Positions 13,685 through 26,535 of a stretch of DNA of 64,000 nt are shown here, in pieces (positions within the stretch are counted from its first letter, which is position 1; each line of letters begins with the position of its first letter). The notes under the pieces were generated by a model that was given only the letters and a program-made list of their open reading frames with translations, searched no databases and had not been told where the DNA came from. Source of the DNA: the human T2T-CHM13v2.0 reference genome, Homo sapiens; the NCBI RefSeq assembly GCF_009914755.1, contig NC_060932.1. The stretch is one strand, 5' to 3'. A program made the translations under genes and the position numbers.

Positions 13685-14115
13685 AGTTTCCAGTTTCCTC
13701 ACCTATGAAAAGGGGGATTCAATAATAGCTGGCACTCAGTAAATGAAGCTGTTATTTTTACTGTTACTATCATTACTCAGGTCTCCACTCTTGTTCATGT
13801 TCCAGTTTGTGGGCCCATATTGTATTTCTGTGGGACTTTCATTTTTACTTCTCAATCCGAAGGCTGTCTAGGTAGAAACACTAATGAGCCCTTATTATGT
13901 GCTAGGAGTGGTTCTGGCAGCTTTACAGGTAACTGTGGTATCTTCATAGAGACTCACAAAGGTCAGCATACACTCTTCACTTTATCTATGAGAAAACTAA
14001 AGTTCGGAGACATTAAGCCACCCAACCAAAGTTACAAAGATGGTTAAATTAAAAACCTGTGATACAAATTCAGACTTTTCTGATTTCAAAGCCCATGTTT
14101 TTTGCCCTATTCCAA
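13685..14115. mobile_element. Two MIR fragments (+ ~13685-13780, - ~13880-14115)
   Basis: CAGTTTCCTCACCTATGAAAAGGG; ATGAGAAAACTAAAGTTCGGAGA..TGATTTCAAAGCCCATG. Confidence 0.6.
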
Positions 14116-14800
14116 GTATTCTTTTTAATTACAATATAATGTTAAGAAGTACAGTTTCATTCTCTCAAAAAACCATACAATAACTCAAAATAATCCAATT
14201 CAGTTCTGCCTAGTAGGGAAGATCTGATTTAATTAATAAATTCTAATGGTTTAGAAGCAGCATGTCATTTGTTTCTATGTAAACAGCACTCCTACAGGGC
14301 TTGTCAGAGCTGAAAACAATTTGTCCTGTAAGTATTTTAAACATTCCCTCTGCAATCTGGTTTGCACTATTAATTTTACACTATTAAGAAAGCATTTACC
14401 AAGCAAAAATAAGCCAACACAGCTTGAGCCTATCAAAATGATAATAAATTTTGAATTCGTGGAATTTTTATTAGGTTTTTGTATATTTTAGTGGATTTCA
14501 GAATTCACACCAGATTATTATGCAAAAACCCAGGTCAACTAAAAAATCCTTTAAAGGAAAAGAAAAAAACAGGTATATATTTGTATCAGCATCCCTATCA
14601 GCAGTGCTGTTTGAGCTGTCTTCCCACCTGGGCCTTCACCATTGTGTCATCATTAGTGGTCAGTGATCTAAGAGTTGGTGTCTGTACATACACAGGACAT
14701 TCCTTTACAGGCCTCCAGCCTCTGAGACAGTAACAGAGCCCCCATGGCAGCCCGCCAACTTGTGAAAATGTGACAAGGTATGTAAAAAGGCCATAGCCAC

Positions 14801-15117
<317 letters not shown>

Positions 15118-16429
15118 TTACCCACGTGACAGAGGAGGGAAAAACCACTGATTTCTCAAACCAAACTCCAGACTGCCTCACAATTGCCTCAGTTGTCTCA
15201 ACTGATTCCCTAATCCTGATTCAAACCAATTGTACTTCCTGGATAGAATGACTGTGTGGTGGCCAAGGCAAAGGATCAGAGCTTAAAGGACACAAAAGTC
15301 ATTAAATGAGTAATAAACATCAGGTTGAAGAGTCCAGTGCCCCCAGTGTCCACCCAGAAGACAATGGTGGCCCTTTCATGCTCCCTATCAAGGAAAATAT
15401 CCACTAAATAGATCTATGAAAATGCAAAATTGTTTCATTCTAAAGTCTATCTTTTATGTCTTTAAGGTGGGTCATTTATTCTAAAGCTATTCTCTTTTAT
15501 CCTGGTTCTTTGAAACAAAAACCAAAGCAAAAAACCTGTGAGTTCCCTTAGTAGACACACTTCTGCCTGTGGTAGAGGAGGTATAAATAATTTATTGCAT
15601 TTCCATTAAGGTCAACCTACAGTGTACATGTGTCAGAGGAGTATGAGCTCTGAGCTAATGATTAAGGATCAAGATAGGTGAGGTTTCTGATGCATTCTGT
15701 GAATACCGATGTGTGCTGACATGTAATTTGCCAATAGAGATATGGAAAGTAGCAGAAAGACGAAGGTGACTGTAATAGGATTCTACAGACAGCATGTTAT
15801 ATAGAGTGCATTCCAGCACTTTCTCCTCTTTCCTTGCACGGCTTGATTAGCCATCTGATGTTTCTTCAAGAGCATTTGTGAAGGAATAGGAATTGCTGCC
15901 GGCCAGGCTCTATTAGAGCCCTGGTTAATTAAATCTCTCAGAAGGGATTCTGTTTGGTTTAATGAAGTGGGTGCGAGAAGGAATCAGAACCAGCATTAGA
16001 TACTTATATGTTTGTCCTGCTGACACCTAACAGGTTTCATCTTCTCCCCCAACCTCCTGCTGGGCCTCATTCACCTCCCACCTGTCTCACCTGTGTCTCT
16101 CTCATCTGCCTGTGGCCACTCTCCTGGGAGAGGCCTTTGGTCTCTTCCCAGAATTATTGCAACAGGCTCCTGGCTGACCTCTGAGGATTATTCTGGGCCT
16201 TTCCCTTTACTTCATCCTGCTGTTGGCTGAGTTGTAGCCATAAATTAAGCATGCCTGGCCTCTGCTCAGAAACGCCTGAGGGTCCCTTGCCACTCCTGTT
16301 TTCATTCCCCATCGCTTACTATTGTCCTTTGCTTGGCCCCCAAAGGCTTGGGATTCTATTCCCTCCACCAGGACCAGATACCCCTCTGCTAACTATAGAA
16401 ATACTCTGCCCCAAAGCATCTAGTGCCCA

Positions 16430-16620
16430 GGCCTATGCCTCAGTTTCCTGTCTGCCCCATCTTATTGTTCTTTTCCGTTCTTTCTCTCTCTGAAAAAAGT
16501 CCCCTGGAACTCCAAGGACATATTTTGTTTGGCCGATTTCATGAGAAAATGTATTTTGAATACATATAGCACAGTACTTGACACTCACTAAATAATTAAC
16601 AATGGTGATGATAATCATTA
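16430..16620 (+). mobile_element. MIR fragment
   Basis: GCCTCAGTTTCCTGTCTG..TAGCACAGTACTTGACAC. Confidence 0.5.
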
Positions 16621-16749
16621 TAAAATCACTTAGAATAGTCCCATAACAATTGCTTAATATTAGTCTTCACCCCTCCTTCGTTGCTTACATAAGAGCCATT
16701 CGCAGAACTCCGAAATTATAAAAGCTTTACTTCTTAAAAGCTTTTGACT

Positions 16750-17120
16750 TTCAGAGTTGCCAACACACTAAACTCTTTCATGCCTTCTGTATTCTTGTCT
16801 TCCTGCTCTTCAACTCACTGCCTCTTTACTTATCCTTCTGGTCTCTTCTGAATGTCACCTCCTCAGCAAAACATCCCCTGACCATCCTAAGGAAACACCC
16901 TGACCCCCATCCACTCTAACTTCACTTTGTCCCTTTCCTTTTGGTGTTCAGTGCTACTTGTAATCATCTATGTGTTTGCAGTAATCTGTTTGTGTGATAC
17001 CATCTGTCTCTCACCCTATACTATGAGGTCCACAAAGGCAGAGGCCGTGATGTATCCCAGCTCCTGGCACAAGACCTGCCCCATTGTGGTCACTCCATAA
17101 ATATTTGTTGAATTAATGAC
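16750..17120 (+). mobile_element. L2 3' region
   Basis: AATGTCACCTCCTCAG..CCCTGACCA..TGTATCCCAG..ATAAATATTTGTTGAATTAATGA. Confidence 0.78.
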
Positions 17121-17949
17121 CCATTTCAACTCTTTGCACATTGTCATTCAGATGTTGGAAATGAGGACCACAAAGAGCTATCAGTAATGGAAAAGGCCAA
17201 CAAAAACATCTGAGTATGCTGAGCATTCTGACTTTGGAGAAAAACTGTTCTCATTGTGAAACTTCTGCTGTGTTACTCCTGGAACACACTCGCATTGCTC
17301 TTCCCAATGTGTGTGTGACTTGACAAGCCATCCTTCCCAGTTCCACTCAATACTGAGAGCATTCTACTGGAAAACAGAAACATTATCTGCTTCAAACATT
17401 GGTGATATCTGAATTCAGTAAAGTGCCCATAGGGACAGTCAATGGAGCAAGCTGAGAAAATAGGAAACTGTCCTTTAAGTGTGTTTGCACAGATTTATTT
17501 CGACCTCAGCTTCAATTACCCAACTTAAGTTTCTACTGAACACCTTTGCCTAACAGGTACAAGATAGGCACACACAGGATCCCAAAATTATCAAGTTTTC
17601 CACTCCAAAAGTACTTGATTTTGAGAGTTAAGCTTAAAATTCTTGTTATTGCAGTTGCTCTGTTTGAACACATTTCAGAACAATCCTTTTGGGAATACAC
17701 GTTTGTCAAGGTAACATTCTTGAACCTCTCAGGACCCACTTGCAGGAGCATTCAGAGAAGTGGGTGTGCTTCCTACAAGCAACCCAACAACTGCTATGGG
17801 CACCTCTCATTTTACTATTTTTTAAAAGAAAATCAAAATTCTCATCTCATTTATTTTAATGCTTTAGCACAGGAAGGTAGGTATTTTTTTTAAGTTAGGG
17901 ACTCCCAATTAAATTAATCACAGGCTTTGAAATTAATTCAGGTGGAAGT

Positions 17950-18185
17950 GTCAGCCTCTCCAGGGAGGTATCCCAGAACCCCCAGTGTGTGCCTGTGGCC
18001 CTTTTCTGTGCTCTCACAGCATCCTACACATCTCAGTATTGCACACTGTCCCAAAGGACTTGCCCCCTTGAGGACAGGGACTATGTCTTTCAGCTCTGAG
18101 TCCCAAGGAATTTCTAAATCCCAAACTATATCTTGCACTTTGCCTGGCATATAGTAGGAGTTTAATAAATAATGATAAATGAATA
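17950..18185 (+). mobile_element. L2 3' region
   Basis: CCTTGAGGACAGGGACTATGTCTT..TGCCTGGCATATAGTAGG..AATAAATA. Confidence 0.7.
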
Positions 18186-18440
18186 ATTAGCCAATGACTT
18201 GGAGATATGGGTCAACTGTCCATCCCTTTATAACCTTCTTAATTTTCCTGTATTTTAGACAGTATCTACACAAGTAACACCTAATTAATATGTCACCAAA
18301 TACCATATTGTGAAGCATATGGCTTGATATGAGAAATCAGGTAGCTCCAGATGTGAATATTTACTCATTTATAAAAAAAGTTGTTACCTATATTGTACAA
18401 TAAGTACCGTGTTGAGCATGTCTTAAAACAGTGGGCCAGA

Positions 18441-18575
18441 GGCCGGGAGTGGTGGCTCACGCCTATAAGCCCTGCACTTTGGGAGCAGAGGCGGGTGGAT
18501 TGCTTAAGCCCAGGAGTTCAAAGCCAGCCTGGACAACAAAGGGAGACCCTTTCTCCACCAAAAACAAAACAAAAC
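18441..18575 (+). mobile_element. Free left Alu monomer (FLAM_C-like) with TSD
   Basis: Left arm only plus (CAAAA)n tail; TSD AAAACAGTGGGCCAGA 18425-18440 and AAAGCAGTGGGCCAGA 18576-18591; TT/AAAA endonuclease site. Confidence 0.9.
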
Positions 18576-19130
18576 AAAGCAGTGGGCCAGAGATTACCTT
18601 GTTGATAATAAACAATGGCTCTTGTTTAAATTTAGTCAAATGAGTGTGTGATCTATAGACCTATGTAAAAAGTAGTCCACAATGACACAAGCTACATTTG
18701 TCATGAATATAACTAGTGAGTTGAGACATTTTTTGCTCCTGCTTGTTGAGGTTTCGAGAAGGCATGCCCAACAAATCCACTCACACTTCAGGTTAGTTAT
18801 TAGCACATACTAGACATGGTATGACCTGAACCATTCATCCAGTGACAGCAGCCCTATTTCAAAATCTTTTTTTCTTTTATGTCAGATGAAGATGACATCA
18901 CTACTATCACTTTCTAGACTAGGGCGGTGGAGCAATGGCCACTCGCTGTAGATAGATTCCAACATTATTTGGCTGTTATCTTCTTTCTGCGTTTTACCTC
19001 ATAAGGATGACATGAGGATTCACAGGAAAAATTGTATCCAGTTCTTTGAAATGATTGGTAAACATGGCAGATACTCATTTCATTGGCCAATGAAATAATA
19101 GTCTACAAGCCAGTGGAGGTTGATTTTGGG

Positions 19131-19310
19131 TTTTTTTTTTTTATTATTTATTTTTTTTTTTTTAGAGACAGGGTCTCACTCCATTGCGCAGGCTAGAGTT
19201 CAATGGTGCAATCATAGCTCACTGTAGCCTCAGACCCCTGGGCTCAAGGAATCCGCCTGCCTCAGCCTCCCAAAGTGCTTGATTACAGACATAAGCCACT
19301 GCACCCAGCC
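19131..19310 (-). mobile_element. Chimeric Alu monomer (left-arm 5' part, right-arm 3' part)
   Basis: Sense reading GGCTGGGTGCAGTGGCTTATGTCTGTAATCAAGCACTTTGGGAGG (left arm) runs into GAGGCTACAGTGAGCTATGATTGCACCA (right arm) and poly(A). Confidence 0.85.
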
Positions 19311-19372
19311 TATTCTTGCTCTTTAATCATCACACATTCATGCTTTCCAATTCTAATAAGGACCCCGTTACT

Positions 19373-19735
<363 letters not shown>

Positions 19736-20414
19736 TTAATTGTCTACTTTAAGTGAACATTTTTATAATGCTACCTTAGTTGCCTGAGTTATAGCTTAGG
19801 CAGCAAGACATAAAATGTGTTGTTCTAAATTGATTTGTTCATAAAAGTAGAAATACTCAAAATAGAGAAAAATGGCTGAGTATCAGAAGGGCACGTGTGG
19901 GCCATAGGTGCACATCTTTGTCCATGAAAGGCTCTAACCAGGACCTCTCCATATCCCAATATCACCACCACCCATCACAAAGCAAATGACCCTTCAACAG
20001 GAAAGTCTCTTCCTTTTTTCCACCAAAGTCCTCATTTATCAAAATCAGAACTAGGCAGATGACTATAAATTGGGGGCAAGGTAGGGGATAGTTGTTGGTA
20101 AGAGAAATTGGTGCCAGACCCCAAGAAGATGACCACTCCATACAAAGCCAGCACCAGTTCTTTCACTAACATAAAGAGGAAACGCATCTAGCTCAGGAAG
20201 CTGCACAGAGATAAGAACTGGGGTATGGTTGAGTTACCTGCCTTGAGCTTGATGACAGCAACAGGTTTAAGTGGCCTTGAGAGGCAGAGAAAAGTAGATG
20301 AGTGCATCCAGACCAGATAGAGGGGTTTGAAGGGAGAAGCAAACACAAGGAAAACTAAACTCACAGACCCTCCTCAAGGGTTTAGATACATTAGGAAGGG
20401 GACAAGGGAATAAA

Positions 20415-21550
20415 GCTGCATATTTACTTTCATGGGCCTCAGGCACTTTTGCTTTTGTGGGATCCTTCCTTTATTAAAACCATATTAAAAGAATAGGAGA
20501 AAATATTTGCAAGGCATATACCTGATAAAGGATTAATATCCAAAATATGTAAGGAACTCCTACAACTCAATAGCAAAAAATAAAATAAAATAACCCAATT
20601 TAAAAACGGACAAAAGAATTAAACAGACAGTTCTCCAAAGAAGACACACAAATGGCCAACAGGTATATTAAAGATGCTCAACATCACTAATCATCAGGGA
20701 AATGCAAATCAAAACCACAATGAAATATCGCTTCACACCTAACAGATTGGCTGTTATCAAAAAGACAAGTGTTGGCAAGGATGTGGAGGAATTGTAATCC
20801 TTGTACACTATTGGTTGAAATGTAAATGAGTATAGCCACTATAGAAAATAGTGTGGAAGTTCCTCAAAAAACTGAAAGTAGAACTACCATCTGATCAGGC
20901 AACCCCACTTCTGAGTTGATATCCAAAAGAATTAAAATCAGGATTTCAAGGTGGTATCTGCACCCCCCTATTCACTGCGGTATTATTCACAATAGCCAAG
21001 GCATGGAAACCACCTAAATGTCCAGCAGCAGATGAATGTATAAAGAAAACATGCTATATACATACAATGGAATATTACCAGCCTTAAAAAAGGAAATCTT
21101 ACCATATGCAACAACCATATGGATGAACCCGGAGAGCATTATGCTAACTGAGATAAGCCAGTCACAGAAGGACAAATACTGAATGATTCCATTTATATGA
21201 AGTTCCTAGAGTAGTCACATTCATAGAGCCAGAAAGTAGAATGCTGGTTGCCAGGGGCTAGAGGGGAGAGAAATGGGGGGTTGCTGTTCAATGAGCATAA
21301 AGTTTCAGTTACATAAGATGAATAAGTTCTAGAGATCTGTGTACAACGTGGTGCCTATACTTAACAATACTGTATTGTGCACTTATTTTGTTAAGAGGGT
21401 AGATCTCAAGTGTTCTTACTGCAGTAAAAATACATTTTAAAAAAACATATTAAAATTGTATAATTGCATTGAGAAAAATATGAATATAATTCAGGCTGGA
21501 TTCATTACTGTATATTACTTGTATCATAGTCATTTTTCTTCTAATTCTAA
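20415..21550 (+). mobile_element. hAT-type MITE (MER96B-like) split by L1 (halves ~20415-20490 and ~21456-21550)
   Basis: GCATATTTACTTTCATGGGCCTCAGGCACTTTTGC.. and TGAATATAATTCAGGCTGGATTCATTA; family name from recall. Confidence 0.55.
20491..21445 (+). mobile_element. 5'-truncated L1MB-like element (ORF2 end plus 3'UTR) with TSD
   Basis: GGAGAAAATATTTGCAA..GGGAAATGCAAATCAAAACCACAATGA..GATGAATAAGTTCTAGAGATCTG; TSD core CATATTAAAA at 20481-20490 and 21446-21455. Confidence 0.9.
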
Positions 21551-21853
21551 CTGAACTTGAGTTCAATAATGCAGAACTGGAACATTCCTCATGTTATGTT
21601 CTCATCTGAAAGGAAACAGTGTGTCCCATAATGGGAAACAGTATAGGGTAAGGGTTCAAATGTCACTTTTTTCCACCTATGTATGAGCTTAAGCAAATTA
21701 ATATATGTGAGTTTTGGCTTCCCCATAAGTTGTAATTTTGAGGATATAAGTGAGGTAATGTATACAAAATACTTTGCCTACTGCCTGTGACAAAGCACTA
21801 CAAAAATGGTGGCTCTTAATAAGGATAGCAATTTTGTGACATATAGAAAAACT

Positions 21854-22086
21854 ACCAGCCTGGACAACATAGCAAAACTCCATCTCTATAAAAATACAAA
21901 AATTTGCCAGGTGTGGTGCCATGCACCTGTGGTCCCAGCTACTCAGGAGGCTGAGGTGAGAGGATCACTTGAGCCTGGAAGGCAGAGGTTGCAGTGAGCC
22001 AAGATCACGCCACTGCACTCCAGCCTGAGTGACAGAGTAAGACCTTTTCTCAAGGGGGAAAATAGAGAAAAGAAAAGAAAGAAAAA
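21854..22086 (+). mobile_element. 5'-truncated AluJ-type element
   Basis: Begins mid left arm at ACCAGCCTGGACAACATAG; complete right arm; GA-rich tail. Confidence 0.9.
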
Positions 22087-22089
22087 TTA

Positions 22090-22290
22090 TTGAAGTGGAG
22101 TCAAAATAGATGGCTTCTAGTTCTGTTCCCCCCACCAACGTACTAGCTATGTGACCTTGAGCCAGACAATTAAATTTTCTGAATCTTAGTTTCATCATCT
22201 GTAATAATATCCACCTGCCAACCTCACAGGATTGCTGAAAGGAATGAAATAACAGATGTAGAAACACATGTATTATAACTGAAAGTATCA
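22090..22290 (+). mobile_element. MIR
   Basis: TACTAGCTATGTGACCTTGAGC..CTTAGTTTCATCATCTGTAA. Confidence 0.72.
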
Positions 22291-23899
22291 TACAACAGGA
22301 ATTATTACCAAAGAAATTGAAAAATTTTGTAGAGAAGGGAAGTATATAGTGTCTGGCACACAAAAGCTATTCAGTAGATGTTTATTGAATGAATTAACAA
22401 ATGAATGCATACCTCACAAAGTTCCCAACACTCAAAATACCAAAATCTTGATTGGTATACTTCATTGTGAAAAGCATTATAAAGACATCCCTAGAAAATA
22501 ATATCAAATTTCATGAGAAGGAGATCACAACTAATAATCCATAAATATAACTTTTGCCAGCATTTAAGTGTCTTAGATTGCAGGCTTCTGCAAGATACAC
22601 ATTACTTGTAGTTTTGTATCCCCAGCATTTCCCATCCCAGTGTTGACATGCAATAGGCACCCAGCAGGTACTTACAAATTGAACTTATCCAATAACCCTT
22701 GCTCTTGTAACCAATCTTACAATAATATCTCTTCATAATGAATCATTCTTAATTCTCTTATTTCCTCCAAACTCTCCCTTGTTCTCTGTGTCAGTAAAAC
22801 TCTGAAATTAAAAAGGGCTTTCAAGGTATATGATTTAAATGGATAAATTGCCAACTGCACTTCTATTTTAAATTTATGTTGTTACCTTTACAGCTAAAAA
22901 GTGCTTGAGAAAACATACTTTGTATTATAGGAGATCCAGTAGAATAGTTTCAACTCATATGGTATCTTACCCAAATCAAACTTCAGAAATTCACTAGTGA
23001 TTCTTGCTAGTATGAATGGCTTCCATCATGCAAGTCCATTACACCTTGGAGCATAATCATGACCAAATCTAGGAGTTTCTCACTGATGGGACCAGTTCTT
23101 CATGCTCTTTTCTCAGCCTTAGAGAGTGGCCCTTCCATGTCCAAGAACAATGTGCTCAAATGTGAAATCTTAAGCAGCTTGTCAGTTTCACACAGCCTGT
23201 TGAATCCTTGAAGTAGTGACCATTTGCTTGTTAAAATAGAGAGTGACTTTGGAGAATAAGCATGTGGTGCATTTTATGGAAATTGCTCCATTTGGCAGCA
23301 TCTGAGTATAAATTGGCATCTCAGCAGTGCAGCTGTGATTGTAATTGACTAAAGTTCTCAGCAGAAAGAGCTCTGACCATCTTTCTCAGGCAAATAGCTC
23401 TGTCAGAAAAGCTTCATCCCCAACATTTCCCAGTCAGCCTTTCAAAGTTAAATCTCATAAACCGGCTTTCTTTGATGTGGTCTTCTGCAGTTTTCTCCCT
23501 TCCCCATCACTTCTAATGTGGTGGTGGTTTGTGCATTGCAAGAGTCCCTGGATAGTTGTTTGGTTGTTAATCAGCTTTAGTTCTGGGAAGAAACTTCCCC
23601 CAGAAGGAAGCTTGTAGATTTCTCTTACAAGTTGAAGAGGTTTCTGTGACTCTAATTTCTGTCCTAAAAATCACCAGTGAATTGTCACGAGTGGTACATA
23701 ACAGTTAATGAGAGCAAGATATTCTACACGGAAGAGAGAACAGTTTTTCAAAACAGAAATGCACCTTTCTATAAAAGAAGAGCATGGAGTTAGAAACATG
23801 GTCTCCATTCTTTGTCTAAGCTGCTCTCATTAGGATAAAGAGTACAGCCATCAAGAAGAAAAGTAAGTTCTAGAACAAGTCTAAAATATCCTGAGGGGT

Positions 23900-24095
23900 T
23901 AGCTTATCTGCCTAGCACAACTTTTACATTTCTCTGTGTGGGCCAGCTCTGTCCTACTATCCTGAATCTCCTCAAAGAACGGTGTCTCCCCCAAATAAAG
24001 ACTGTGTCGGAATATTCCTCGTTGAATTCCCAGTGCCTCTCCATGGCTGGCACAGAGAAGGAACTCAGTAGATGTTTATTGATGAGGTGAATCAC
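23900..24095 (+). mobile_element. L2 3' end
   Basis: TTCCCAGTGCCT..GCTGGCACAGAGAAGGAACTCAGTAGATGTTTATTGA. Confidence 0.65.
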
Positions 24096-24429
24096 CTAGA
24101 CTCCACTGTGTGCACCGATGCAGCAGCACCCATGCTTAGCACAGTACAAAGTCAGGTTCTTCTCCCAGACTCCCAGCCACTTCCTTGTCCCATCATGGCA
24201 CAACTGAGCATCTCAGTGGTGACTTTTTGTCTTCAAATCCCTCATTCATTAAAATCCAAACTTGAGAGTAAGCCAGAATGGCCAGCCTCCACTGTAGTCA
24301 TTTCCTCTTGTGCCGCAGAGAGGAGACCACATGTCACATGGATTAAGGCTGCTTCATTGGTGAACGGCAAGGCAGTACACAAATGCAAGTCCCCACCCTT
24401 TCACTGTTTAGCAGGGCCAACAGAAAGGA

Positions 24430-24640
24430 CAGAGTCTGAGAGTCAACATGACTTTGAAACCTGGCTCAGACACAAGCCATGTGGCCTTTGACTTTAAAAA
24501 CAGCAATAGAAAACCTCTTTAAGTTTGGGATTTTTCATAATTAGAATAGTGAAAGCAGTGTTCCTTACCCCACTGGGGTGGGATTTGGTGATGTACATGA
24601 AAGTGCCTGGTGCAAAGTAGCTTCTCAATGAATGTCATTT
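24430..24640 (+). mobile_element. MIR
   Basis: GAGTCAACATGACTTTGAAACCTGGCTC..ATGTACATGAAAGTGCCTGG. Confidence 0.55.
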
Positions 24641-25659
24641 GCTATCCATAAGGGCCTCTGGCGGGGCCAAGCTGACCAACAGGTGAACAAGAACCCATAC
24701 TATAGTTGTTGAGAGTGTGGCAAGAGAGTAAGACATACATAATCTGGTCTTCTGTATTTGTGTGACAGCACTGGGGACAAAGAGAATGACACAGACCCAT
24801 GGTCCTACACAATGTAGTGGGCATGCCTGTCCTGAAGAGTCTTTCCATTGAGAACAAAGGGTAATTCACATCTTCTGCTATAAGTCGCCTTGCAGTTCCA
24901 CTGGGATTGGGTGACTCGCAGCAAGCAGCAGCATCCACCTATTAGCCCATTTACCTTTAGGTGAACAGAGCTCCTCCTATGGACTTCAACTTCTCCCTTG
25001 TATGTAGAAATAGCATGTCCTGAAACTCATTTTCTGATAGCAGATAGAGTGTCATTTACAGTTTTGACATGATTTGGCATTCCATGAAATATAAGCAGTA
25101 TTTTCCTTACTTCTGAAAGAAATATCAGTAGGCAACTGTGGACTTACCTTCTCCTGCTAGTTCAGATCTTCAATTTAAAATGAATTGGGATTATTTGCTC
25201 TCGTATCAGTTGGAGACTATTCTTTTACTTTAACTCATTTTTCTTAATTTGAGTAAGACATCATTCTAATTTTTTAAAAAATCTTTACCATTACCAAAAT
25301 TATTTTGGAAAAATCTTAGGTGTAACTTTGTCCTAGGGACTGATCCGAATTAGTTGGAGATATTCTAAAAATTTTGAAGACATTGTACACTGAGGGCTGC
25401 CGGCTTTATTTTACTCCAGCCATGATGAACACTGACGAGCCAGCACCTCTATCAGGGTGTATGAGAGAGGTGGTGAGTGGGATTCACCAGCTGCAGCATC
25501 TGGACAGTCAGTGAGTCTGCTTTCCCCCTAAGTCTGTATCTAAGGCCTTCTGCAATAAAGCTAAGTGACAAGCAGGGCAAGCTTTGGAAATGCATCACAG
25601 CCCCTGCCCTTCGGTAACTAACCAGCCAAAGCCTGGACAGGTGGACACAGACACCTCTA

Positions 25660-25770
25660 GGAAAGGAGTTGTTCAAAGGCAGAGCAGCAAAATAACTGGC
25701 TGAGCCAATGAAATGTTTACATTGCAGCCGAGGCTCCTGCTCAGCTGCCGGAACCAAACAACATCTGTTG
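25660..25770. promoter_or_regulatory. Candidate promoter/enhancer motif cluster
   Basis: TCF/LEF-type GTTCAAAGG 25671-25679, NF-Y-type AGCCAATGA 25703-25711, forkhead TGTTTAC 25714-25720, E-box CAGCTG 25742-25747, ETS core CCGGAA 25748-25753; motif matches only. Confidence 0.35.
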
Positions 25771-26384
25771 CAGTCCTACAAGGCCCAAAGGCCCTCATCA
25801 CCTTTGTGTCAGGAGCAGGAGGAGGGCTGGCCTAACTGTGACACCATCTGTGTGCCAGGGACTCGGGCCAAAAGGCCTGGCACTTGAGAGCTTAATTTCA
25901 CTCCATCCAGTCTGCGACAAGGAAAAATCTTGGAGCAGACTAATAGCATCCTCACCCTCTCTTTCAATTACCTAGTCTGCTACAACCTCAAAACAAATAC
26001 AACTGATAATTTGTTGCTTTCAAGAGTCCACAGAGCTTCTTTCCACTAACACCCTCTGATGGCAGGCTCACCTCCTCCAGCCTCAGCTGCTGCTCTGGAA
26101 TCCTGGAGAATATTTGTCAGGGGAGCTGAAGAACCAGAGCTGCTGTTCTCAGAACAATGACTGCTAGCCCTGTGATCTTTTTTCACAAAGAAACACACAC
26201 CCCCAGCCTCCTCCTGGGCCTTTGCTGGTAGCGGAGGCTTCCTCCCAAGGACGTAGGCTTGGATGATGGATGATTATCCTGGGTGAGAAGAGAACAGACA
26301 CACCCTCAGAACAAAAAGAGGGAACCTGCATCTTCTCCTTCTCACCCTCCTCTACTGTTATCCTGAACCCTCCCTTGCTCCTGC

Positions 26385-26535
26385 AGGTGCTGTCCATGAG
26401 CCAGCAACATCAGAACCACCTGGGAGCCATAGCAGCCTGGCAGCCCGCTCCACAAACACAGGATCAGAATCTACCTTTTAACAAGATCCCCCAGGTGATT
26501 CAGATGCATATTCAACCTTTAGAAGCCCTGGTCCA
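26385..26535. mobile_element. MER5A (hAT-Charlie) fragment
   Basis: CATCAGAACCACCTGGGAGC..ATCAGAATCT..TTTTAACAAGATCCCCCAGGTGATTC. Confidence 0.75.

Noticed and set aside
17546-17893. 115-aa ORF in unique DNA
   Set aside because: Starts at TTG, has no recognisable domain or convincing exon boundaries, and its length is within chance expectation.
24072-24491. 139-aa ORF
   Set aside because: Begins in an L2 tail and ends in a MIR; no recognisable protein family.
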